Notes under the pieces: generated by a model
The model's input: the letters and a program-made list of their open reading frames with translations, nothing else
What the model was told of the DNA's origin: nothing
Database searches by the model: none
Position numbers and translations under genes: made by a program
Shown here: piece after piece, positions 56,647 to 64,000 of the stretch
How the letters are laid out: each line of letters starts with the position of its first letter
Position numbering within the stretch: the first letter of the stretch is position 1
DNA from: Vulcanimicrobiota bacterium
GTDB taxonomy: Bacteria > Vulcanimicrobiota > Vulcanimicrobiia > Vulcanimicrobiales > Vulcanimicrobiaceae
DNA length: 64,000 bases
Assembly (NCBI GenBank): GCA_963786105.1
Contig: CAWAXX010000018.1
Location: 160,001 to 224,000, forward strand
Direction of reading: 5' to 3'

Positions 56647-57068
56647 GACGAGCGCTCGTTACGCCGCCGTCCTAAAAACGACTCGAGGATGAGGGCTGCG
56701 GCCAAACGATCGACGGCCCGTTTGCGTTTTTTGCGCGAGACGTCCGCGGCGATCATCGTCTTCGTCGCTTGCGCGGTCGTTAGACGCTCGTCAACGCGAT
56801 GGATCGTCCCGTGGAATACCCGGCTGAGCCGCTCGACGAAGGCATCCATCTTGAGCGCCGCTATGCCGCGTTCGCCCGAAAGGGTCAACGGATCGCCGAT
56901 CACCAGATCGCGAACCTGGTAGAACTCCACCAAAGCGACGATTCGCGCGAGGTCGGCATCGAGGTTCGTTCGCTCGATGGTTTCAACGGGCATCGCGAAG
57001 GTTCGGCTCGGATCGGCGACGGCCACGCCGATGCGCTTCGCACCGACGTCCAGCGCCAAAACTGACAC
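56643..57068 (-). CDS. ruvX: Holliday junction resolvase-like RuvX/YqgF
   Basis: LALDVG.KRIGVA, DERLTT, D..AA.LIL. Confidence 0.95.
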   Translation of the reverse strand: MSVLALDVGAKRIGVAVADPSRTFAMPVETIERTNLDADLARIVALVEFYQVRDLVIGDPLTLSGERGIAALKMDAFVERLSRVFHGTIHRVDERLTTAQATKTMIAADVSRKKRKRAVDRLAAALILESFLGRRRNERSS

Positions 57069-57070
57069 TC

Positions 57071-57260
57071 AAGGAACCTCTGAAAAGATCGCTGCACGAA
57101 TCGCAACGCGCATTTTTCGCGCAAGGTGAGGCGCAGCCGAGGGAGCATAGCAAGAAGCTCTGTGACCGAGGGTGGAACGCTGACTTGCGCGGAAAAAGCA
57201 GTTGCCCCAAGGGTTTTGTCGCAAAAACGATTCGTGCATGGACTTCTTCAGAGGCTCCTT
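57071..57260. mobile_element. Palindromic MITE-like element with IS5-like termini
   Basis: AAGGAACCTCTGAA / TTCAGAGGCTCCTT terminal inverted repeats (13/14) plus nested internal inverted repeats. Confidence 0.6.
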
Positions 57261-58002
57261 AGCCTGGTACGAACTCCGATAGATGCGCTCCCGCTTTGGG
57301 GCGGCGTCCTAAGTGGTGCGCGAGCAGATCGTCGACGGCGCGCGCCACGCGCGGCGTCGCGCGTAAAGCCGGGGCGGGGGTCCCTTTGGGGGCGCACAGG
57401 GCGCGGAAATTCTCACGATCGCGCGCATCGAATTCGGGCAGGTCACGCCAGCGTTCGCGACAGGCTTCATCGATGAGGCCGCCGGCCTGCGCGTCCAGCC
57501 AGTTGACGTTCGGCGCCAGTGCCCGTCCGCAGCGCACGCACGCGTCCGGCGGGGGTGCCAGCCCGAGAACGTCCAGCAGGCGCAGTGAGAACCGCGGCAC
57601 GAGCTCGCGCGGGTTTGGCGAGCGCTCGACCGCCGCAAGCATCGACGTCAAAAGCTCATATACTTCCGGCAATGCCAGATCGGGCTCGCAGAATGCGTCG
57701 ATCAACTCGGCAACCAACGACGCCACGGCGAAGCGTTCGGGCTCGACGAGTTTCGACCACGGCGCGTGCAGGATATGCGCGGAGACGATCACGTCGAGCG
57801 ACTTCCCGCGATGCATGCCGAACTCGCATTCGTTGCCGAACTCCATCCGGCCGGCCAAGTGGCTTTTTGGGCGGCGTACGCCCTTCGCAACCGCATCGAG
57901 CTTGCCGCGCTCGTCGGTAAAGAGCGTAAAGATGCGGTCGGCTTCACCCAGCTGCCGCCCGCGCAACACGACGCCGCGCGTCTTATACGCGCGGGCTTGC
58001 GT
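57259..58002 (-). CDS. recO: DNA repair protein RecO, probable ACG start
   Basis: GVVLR...GEADRI.TLFT...GKL..VAKGVR; CVRCG. Confidence 0.9.
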   Translation of the reverse strand, partial: TQARAYKTRGVVLRGRQLGEADRIFTLFTDERGKLDAVAKGVRRPKSHLAGRMEFGNECEFGMHRGKSLDVIVSAHILHAPWSKLVEPERFAVASLVAELIDAFCEPDLALPEVYELLTSMLAAVERSPNPRELVPRFSLRLLDVLGLAPPPDACVRCGRALAPNVNWLDAQAGGLIDEACRERWRDLPEFDARDRENFRALCAPKGTPAPALRATPRVARAVDDLLAHHLGRRPKAGAHLSEFVPG

Positions 58003-59317
58003 CCGGAGCCTCCTGCTGTTCCCAGTCCGGCGACGGCGTCCCGTTCGTATAGATTCGCACGGCAACGATTCGCCGGCCTCGGGTCCGTTCGACGCGCAAG
58101 CGCGTGTGCGCGTCCGCGTCGATCTCCTCACCTTCCGATGGTAGCCGCCCGAACAGGCCGACCGTGTACCCGCCGATTGTCTCGAAGTCCTCGGTTGGAA
58201 TACGCGTTTCTAGGCGCGCGTTGACGTCTTCGATGTTCGTACCGGCGTCGACCACGGCTTCGCTTTCCGAAACGACGTGGATCGGCTCTTGCTCGTCCTC
58301 GTCGTGTTCGTCGCGGATCTCGCCGACGATCTCCTCCAGCAGGTCTTCCATGGTCACGAGCCCTGCGGTGCCGCCATATTCGTCGACGACGATCGCCATC
58401 GAAAACTTGTCGCGCTGCATCTCGCGCAAGAGTTCGGCAATTTTCTTACTTTCGGGGACGTGCACGGCCGGCCGCATGAGGGATCGCAACGGCGTGTGCG
58501 CGAGCGAGCCGTTGGCCAGCGCCACCAGCAGCTCGCGATCGTGAATGACGCCGACAATGTCGTCCTTGGACTCTTGGTAGACGGGGAGCTTAGAGTAGCC
58601 CTCGGCAATCACGACGTCGAGCGCACGCCGCGGTGAGTCGTCGATCGAGACCGCGACCATCCCCGGGCGTGGCTTCATCACCTCGCGCACGATGGTGTCG
58701 CCGAACTCCATGACCGAGTGGATGAGCTCTCGCTCCTCTTCCTCGATCACGCGTTGTTCGGCGCCAACGTTGACGACGGTCCGAATATCTTCCTCGGTGA
58801 TATAGATCTGCTTGCCGTGTTTGATTCGGAACGGCCGCAAGATTAACTCGGTGAGGAATTGAAAACACTGCGCGATGGGCGTCAACACGTAGGCGGAAAC
58901 GCGCATCGGCGTAGCCAAGCGCAGCGCCCAGCGTTCGTTATCAGCAGTCGCCACCATTTTGGGAATAATTTCCCCGAACAACAGCATCACGACGGTCATC
59001 GCGATCGTCGAAATGACGGCCGCTGCCGGCAAGCCGAGTTCGATGGCTACGTACGTTGCTAGCGAGTCGGACGCGAGCAACACGATCGTGTTTCCGACCA
59101 AGATCGAGGTGAGGTAGCGGTTCTTATCGTCGACGAGGGCGAGCACGCTCTGGGCACCCTTAATTCGCCTCTCGGCCATCGTCCGAGCGCGGAGGCGGGA
59201 GACCGAGATGAGCGCGGCTTCCGACGCCGCAAAGAAGGCGGCCAGCAGAACCAGGATGACTAGGACGACGAATTCGGTCCAGAAGGCGCCGGGGCTACTT
59301 CGATATGGGTCGCTCAA
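57983..59317 (-). CDS. Hemolysin/CNNM family protein (DUF21-CBS-CBS-CorC)
   Basis: FFAASE.A, FGEIIPK, VVDEYGGTAGLVTMED. Confidence 0.93.
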   Translation of the reverse strand: MSDPYRSSPGAFWTEFVVLVILVLLAAFFAASEAALISVSRLRARTMAERRIKGAQSVLALVDDKNRYLTSILVGNTIVLLASDSLATYVAIELGLPAAAVISTIAMTVVMLLFGEIIPKMVATADNERWALRLATPMRVSAYVLTPIAQCFQFLTELILRPFRIKHGKQIYITEEDIRTVVNVGAEQRVIEEEERELIHSVMEFGDTIVREVMKPRPGMVAVSIDDSPRRALDVVIAEGYSKLPVYQESKDDIVGVIHDRELLVALANGSLAHTPLRSLMRPAVHVPESKKIAELLREMQRDKFSMAIVVDEYGGTAGLVTMEDLLEEIVGEIRDEHDEDEQEPIHVVSESEAVVDAGTNIEDVNARLETRIPTEDFETIGGYTVGLFGRLPSEGEEIDADAHTRLRVERTRGRRIVAVRIYTNGTPSPDWEQQEAPDASPRV

Positions 59318-59337
59318 GGGTTCCTCAAATCGGCGCC

Positions 59338-59346
59338 ATTATAACA
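59338..59346 (-). promoter_or_regulatory. Internal extended -10 promoter upstream of the CNNM gene
   Basis: TGTTATAAT overlapping the upstream stop codon, 20 nt before the TTG. Confidence 0.55.
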
Positions 59347-60103
59347 CAACGTGGGGGCGGACCAGCACGTAGATCGCCAAGGCGACGAGCGTGCCCAAAG
59401 CAGCCCCCCAAAGGACCTCAAAAGCGTTGTGGATGCGTGCCTCGACGCGGCTCTGAGCCACCAGAAAGGCCACGAAGTACGCGAGAATCGCCGCGAGGGG
59501 CTTCTGGTAGAAGAACGCCAGCATGGTCGCGGCGGCAAAGGCAATCGCCGCGTGTCCCGAGACCGCTCCCCCCTGGAGCGGAGATCCGCGCCCGACCCAC
59601 GCCTTGGCGAAAACGGTCGCGATGGCGACCACCGCCAGCACGATCAACGCAAGGTTCGCGGGCACTTGCTGAACCGCCGAAAAGACCCGTTCGCCGCCGC
59701 TGAGGATGCCCTGATAAAAGATGAGGTAGCCCGCAATGGCGGCGCCGACCGCAGCGACCAACACGGCGCCGGCGGCCGCATCCTTGGCCGTCTTCGCCAG
59801 CGGGTGATGCGCGACGGTGAGCAGGTCGACGATGGCTTCGACGGCCGTGTTGACCAACTCTAAGCTCAAGACCAAACTGACGAGGACGACCGTCGCAATG
59901 ACGTAGGAGCGTTCGAGTCGCAGGACGAGCGTTGCCGACAACACCAGCACCGCGATGACCAAGTGCACGCGCATATTCGGCTGAGTGCGCGTCGCGTACA
60001 TGATGCCTTCGAAGGCGTGGTGAAATGAGCGCCACAATTTGCTCTCGGCGATTGGAACGTAATGTGGTTCTTGCTTGGAGCGTTCGTCCGCCGGATACGG
60101 CAT
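59339..60103 (-). CDS. dgkA: Diacylglycerol/undecaprenol kinase with PAP2-like C-terminal domain
   Basis: ELVNTAVE..VD, AKD.AAGAV; SGH...SRV...H. Confidence 0.9.
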   Translation of the reverse strand: MPYPADERSKQEPHYVPIAESKLWRSFHHAFEGIMYATRTQPNMRVHLVIAVLVLSATLVLRLERSYVIATVVLVSLVLSLELVNTAVEAIVDLLTVAHHPLAKTAKDAAAGAVLVAAVGAAIAGYLIFYQGILSGGERVFSAVQQVPANLALIVLAVVAIATVFAKAWVGRGSPLQGGAVSGHAAIAFAAATMLAFFYQKPLAAILAYFVAFLVAQSRVEARIHNAFEVLWGAALGTLVALAIYVLVRPHVVL

Positions 60104-60113
60104 TATCGCCCCC

Positions 60114-60581
60114 TCACGCGCGTACCGCCTCGTACGGCCAGCCGAGTTCGATCGCGTCGGCGAGACGGCGTTCCTCGCGTTCCATCGCGCGGCGCTCGCC
60201 GGCCCGCTCGTGATCGTGCCCGAGGACGTGCAAGAGGCCGTGAATCAACAATCGATAGAGTTCGTTCTGCAGCGAGGCGTCGTAATCGGAAGCCTGCCGG
60301 CGCGCGGTGTCGACGGAAATGACGACGTCACCAAGCATCCGCTCGGGTACGGTTGGGGAAGTGCCGCTCGCGTCTCCATCGATCGAAAAGCTCAAGACAT
60401 CGGTGGCGACATCTTTCCCGCGGTGCTCGCGATTGAGTTCGCGGATGGCGGCGTCGCTCACGAGACTGACGGACAACGACGCGCCGCTTTGGCCGACGGC
60501 GGTGAGAAGTTTTTTCGCAGCCGCGATCAGCGCGCGCGCGTTCACGCCGCTTCCGCGCACGTCGTTGCGATAGTAGATCAT
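60114..60581 (-). CDS. ybeY: rRNA maturation RNase YbeY
   Basis: TDVLSF, LGDVVIS, HGLLHVLGHDH. Confidence 0.96.
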   Translation of the reverse strand: MIYYRNDVRGSGVNARALIAAAKKLLTAVGQSGASLSVSLVSDAAIRELNREHRGKDVATDVLSFSIDGDASGTSPTVPERMLGDVVISVDTARRQASDYDASLQNELYRLLIHGLLHVLGHDHERAGERRAMEREERRLADAIELGWPYEAVRA

Positions 60582-61546
60582 TCCGGTGCCGCTGCCGGCC
60601 GGCGCGGCCGAGCGTAGGCGCGGATGATTCGCGCGACCAGCGGATGACGCACGACGTCGTTTTCGTCCAGCTCGACCACGCCGACGCCGTCCACGCCCGC
60701 CAACCGATCGGCCGCATCGCGCAGCCCGCTGCGATTGCCTATCGGCAAGTCCACTTGCGTCACGTCGCCCGTAACGACCATCTTCGACGCGGCTCCCAGT
60801 CGCGTGAGAAACATCTTGAGCTGGTCGCTGGTCGCGTTCTGCGCTTCGTCGAGGATGACGAATGCGTCCGACAGCGTTCGCCCGCGCATGTACGCAAGCG
60901 GCGCGACTTCGAGCGTTCCCCGATCGATGTACCGGTTTGTAACCCCTTCGTCGAGGAGTTCGTTGAGGGCGTCGAAGAGTGGTCGCATATACGGATCGAC
61001 CTTCTCGCGCAAGTCGCCCGGCAGAAAGCCGAGATTCTCCCCCGCTTCCACCGCGGGACGCGAGAGGATCACGCGAGAAACTTCGCGATTCTTTAGCGCC
61101 CGCACCGCCATCACGATAGCAAGGTACGTTTTTCCGGTCCCGGCGGGTCCGATCCCGATGGTGAGCGTGTGCCCCTCGATGGATTGAACGAAGCCGCGCT
61201 GTCCGGCGGTTCGCGGGCGCACCTCGGCCCCGCGTTGCGTTCGCAGCAATGTCTTAGGCAACGCCACCGCGCGGTCGTCTTCGCGTACGTCGGCCAAGAC
61301 CAGGGCGACGTCGTCCGGCGTAATGTGGGCCCCGCTAACGGCGGCATCCAGAACCCGCCGGACCACGTGTTCGGCTCGCTCGACGTCGGCCGGAGCTCCG
61401 GCCAACAGCAGGCGATCGTTGTCGGCATGCACCGAAACGCCGAGCGTTGACTCGATGGCCGACAGGTTTCGGTCATATTCACCGAACAGGCGCACCCGAT
61501 CCGACAACTCATGGAGGTCGATTGCTCGTTCGAGGAGTCTGCTCAA
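60578..61546 (-). CDS. phoH: PhoH family ATPase
   Basis: GPAGTGKT, RPAVEAGE.LGFLPG, YMRGRT, DEAQN. Confidence 0.96.
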   Translation of the reverse strand: MSRLLERAIDLHELSDRVRLFGEYDRNLSAIESTLGVSVHADNDRLLLAGAPADVERAEHVVRRVLDAAVSGAHITPDDVALVLADVREDDRAVALPKTLLRTQRGAEVRPRTAGQRGFVQSIEGHTLTIGIGPAGTGKTYLAIVMAVRALKNREVSRVILSRPAVEAGENLGFLPGDLREKVDPYMRPLFDALNELLDEGVTNRYIDRGTLEVAPLAYMRGRTLSDAFVILDEAQNATSDQLKMFLTRLGAASKMVVTGDVTQVDLPIGNRSGLRDAADRLAGVDGVGVVELDENDVVRHPLVARIIRAYARPRRPAAAPE

Positions 61547-61947
61547 CGCCTCGTTATTTCGTCACGCAGCGCGAGAGGCTTTCCCAGAACTTCGGCGGCG
61601 ATCACTGCGCGAACGAGCGCGCGGCGGTCCCCAAACAGGTTGCCGAGCCGGCGAGGCCGTGCTTGCGGGCGTTCGTGCGCGAGAAGAGTGTCGGCGGGGC
61701 CGACCGGGAGCGTAGGCGGCGGTGCTTGCCGGCGCCCAGGCGCCGGCCGTGGCGGGGAAGACGGTCTCGCCACCGGCGGTGGCGGCGCCATGGCCTGCTG
61801 GGGCGGGGGGGCCGGCGGCCGCTGCGCTGCCGACCGGCGCGAGGCCACGTTCGAAGCGGCCATTTGCTTGCGCGCGTTCGAAACGATACTCGAAATCACG
61901 CCGACGACCACGACGAGCACCCAGACGATCGCGCCGATGTCGCGCAC
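61543..61947 (-). CDS. YqfB-like Pro-rich membrane protein
   Basis: N-terminal TM; C-terminal AVIAAEVLGKP; follows floA. Confidence 0.75.
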   Translation of the reverse strand: MRDIGAIVWVLVVVVGVISSIVSNARKQMAASNVASRRSAAQRPPAPPPQQAMAPPPPVARPSSPPRPAPGRRQAPPPTLPVGPADTLLAHERPQARPRRLGNLFGDRRALVRAVIAAEVLGKPLALRDEITRR

Positions 61948-61961
61948 GCGCTATGCGCTCC

Positions 61962-62975
61962 CTATTTCACTGGATTGGGCGGAGGCGACGGAGGCTGCGA
62001 TTGATCGCCGCCGCCTTCGACGGTGCCGCCGATCGACGAGCGCATGTCGGTATCTGCTTGGATGTTCTTGAGGCGATAGTAGTCCATAACGCCCAAATGC
62101 CCGCTACGAAACGCTTCGGCAATCGCTTGGGGAATCGAGGCCTCAGCTTCGACGACTCTTGCGCGCATCGCTTGCGTCTCGGCTTTTTGCTCCTGTTCGG
62201 CCGCCAGAGCCGCGTATTGGCGTTCCGCCGCTTTCGCTTGGGCGATCCGGCGGTCGGCCTCGGCTTGGCTGGTCTGCAGCTCGGCGCCGATATTCTTACC
62301 GACGTCGACGTCGGCGATGTCGATCGAAACGATCTCGAATGCGGTGCCGGCATCCAGTCCCTTCGCCAGCACGGCTTTGCTGATGCGATCCGGGTACTCC
62401 AAGACTTCCTTGTGGTCGACCGCGGCGCCCACCGCCGAGACGACGCCTTCGCCGACGCGCGCGACGATGGTGGGCTCGCCGGCGCCGCCGACGTAGCGGT
62501 CGAGATCGCTGCGGACCGTGATCCGCGCTTTGACGTTGAGCTGAATGCCGTTCTGCGCGACGCCTTGGAAGATCGGCGTCTCGATCACCTTCGGATTCAC
62601 CGAGGTTTGCAGCGCTTCGAGCACGTTGCGCCCGGCGAGATCGATGGCCGCGGCGCGTTGCCACGCGAGTGGAATCTGCGCCCGCTGCGCGGCGATCATC
62701 GCCAGCGTTACGTTCTCGACGTTGCCACCGGCCAAGTAGTGCGACTGCATTTGATCGACGGTGAGGTCCAGGCCGGCTTTACGCGCGCGCACGTAATTGG
62801 TCACGATCACGCTGGGTGGGATCCCGATGAGCCGCATACGGACCAGTGCGATAATGCCGAGCGGCACGCCCGCCGCAATCGTGCGGATCCACAATCCGAT
62901 CGGAAAGTAGTACAAGAACATGAAAAAGAGGATGACCGCGACGACAATGATGATCGCCGCACTGATTGCAATCAC
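61962..62975 (-). CDS. floA: Flotillin-like protein FloA
   Basis: [36 protein letters not shown]. Confidence 0.95.
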   Translation of the reverse strand: MIAISAAIIIVVAVILFFMFLYYFPIGLWIRTIAAGVPLGIIALVRMRLIGIPPSVIVTNYVRARKAGLDLTVDQMQSHYLAGGNVENVTLAMIAAQRAQIPLAWQRAAAIDLAGRNVLEALQTSVNPKVIETPIFQGVAQNGIQLNVKARITVRSDLDRYVGGAGEPTIVARVGEGVVSAVGAAVDHKEVLEYPDRISKAVLAKGLDAGTAFEIVSIDIADVDVGKNIGAELQTSQAEADRRIAQAKAAERQYAALAAEQEQKAETQAMRARVVEAEASIPQAIAEAFRSGHLGVMDYYRLKNIQADTDMRSSIGGTVEGGGDQSQPPSPPPNPVK

Positions 62976-62985
62976 GGAAGGCTCC

Positions 62986-64000
62986 TCACTGATAGCTAGG
63001 GAGGCTAACGGCCTCGACGAAAATGCGCGCGCCCTCGACGCGCACGACGCGGATGGGGGTTCCCTGCGGGATGAACTCACCCTCCGTGAGCACGTCGACG
63101 CGGCGTCCGTCGATCGACGCGATGCCCGCCGGGCGAAGATACGACGCCGCCGTGCCGGTACGGCCGTGAAGATCGGTATGATCGGCGCTCGCCACGTAGT
63201 CGGCTCCTTGCGTCGCGCCCAACGCTAGCCGGCGGGCCCAGGCGTTTTCCGGCAGACTCCGCGTCAACAAGCTGAAACAGATGACGGTCAGTACGATTGC
63301 CGTCGCGATCGTTTCAATCGCTACGAAGAAGAACGGCAATCCGAATGCAAACAACACGGCCAAAAGCAAACAGATCGCGCCGACGACGCCGGGTATTCCG
63401 TGGCCGGGAACGACGTGCAACTCCCACAGGATGCCCAATATTCCGATGACCGCGAGAACCAAAACCAAGCCGTTCGAAAATCCTGCGTAGACGTGGGTGC
63501 CGAAGAAGAGCGCCAGCGCGCCGACGCCGATCACGCCCGCGATGCCGTGCAGCGTCTGCATTTCGATCAACAACCCGAGCATGCCCAGCGTCAGCAGCAA
63601 CGCGCTGACCTGCGGACTGGTCGCGAAGCGCGCGAGGTTTTCAGCCCAGGTGTATTCTTGCGTGCTTCGCGGCGCGGATTCCAGATGCGACTGCGCCAGC
63701 GCGGCGTCGAGCGACGGCGCGGTGGCATCGGCAACGTGGGCGCGCGCCGCATCCTCGGTGTTCAACGTAAGAATCGCTCCGGTGCGCTTGTATTGCGGGA
63801 GGTCGACGTTCTTGTCCACCATCGCACCGGCGACCGCCGCCGACCGGTGATTGCGCAGCGCGGTGGATTCGAACTCCCCTCGCAACGCCGATACCATCTT
63901 CGCCGAGTACGGAATCGGCTCGGCGGCCCCGATCGATGCGCCGGGCGCCATGACGATGCGATTCGCCGAAAGCGTTATCAGCGCCGCGGCCGAATAGGCA
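62986..64000 (-). CDS. nfeD: NfeD/YqeZ family membrane protease-like protein (5' partial)
   Basis: [19 protein letters not shown]-terminal LRPAG OB-fold; upstream of floA. Confidence 0.92.
   Translation of the reverse strand, partial: AYSAAALITLSANRIVMAPGASIGAAEPIPYSAKMVSALRGEFESTALRNHRSAAVAGAMVDKNVDLPQYKRTGAILTLNTEDAARAHVADATAPSLDAALAQSHLESAPRSTQEYTWAENLARFATSPQVSALLLTLGMLGLLIEMQTLHGIAGVIGVGALALFFGTHVYAGFSNGLVLVLAVIGILGILWELHVVPGHGIPGVVGAICLLLAVLFAFGLPFFFVAIETIATAIVLTVICFSLLTRSLPENAWARRLALGATQGADYVASADHTDLHGRTGTAASYLRPAGIASIDGRRVDVLTEGEFIPQGTPIRVVRVEGARIFVEAVSLPSYQ

Noticed and set aside
1..64000. Hundreds of long overlapping or antisense ORFs in the six-frame track
   Set aside because: Arg/Ala/Pro-rich shadow frames expected in GC-rich DNA; they overlap genes with clear family motifs
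1..64000. CRISPR array, rRNA, integrase, transposase or prophage genes
   Set aside because: No regularly spaced repeats or recognisable motifs seen

Overview
GC-rich bacterial chromosomal window. Terrabacteria-type gene order (nfeD-floA-phoH-ybeY-dgkA-recO-ruvX-mltG; yceD-rpmF-fabHDG-acpP-ffh-rpsP-khpA-rimM; rapZ-yvcK), an outer-membrane cytochrome-porin and expanded lipoprotein phosphoesterase/beta-propeller families suggest Eremiobacterota (WPS-2); this is an inference only. Housekeeping blocks, rnpB and nine tRNAs alternate with accessory patches. Three things stand out. (1) A ~5.2 kb islet bounded by a duplicated tRNA-Ala(GGC) 3' end carries a CuA-type cupredoxin, a Cyc2-like cytochrome-porin and a triheme cytochrome c, a candidate mobile Fe(II)-oxidation or electron-uptake module. 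(2) A 1264-aa fusion joins an APC permease to a GlmA-like GH35 hydrolase through an internal signal-peptide-like linker. (3) A lytic transglycosylase precedes two paralogous small helical proteins reminiscent of type III needle/rod subunits, with a decayed duplicate nearby. Also present: an unexplained structured RNA candidate, an IS5-like MITE, a tRNA-Ser mini-element and two probable non-canonical start codons. Four genes carry a +1 frameshift, which suggests sequencing error, so single-base observations need read-level confirmation. No CRISPR array, rRNA, integrase or transposase was seen. All assignments come from reading motifs by eye; no searches were run.
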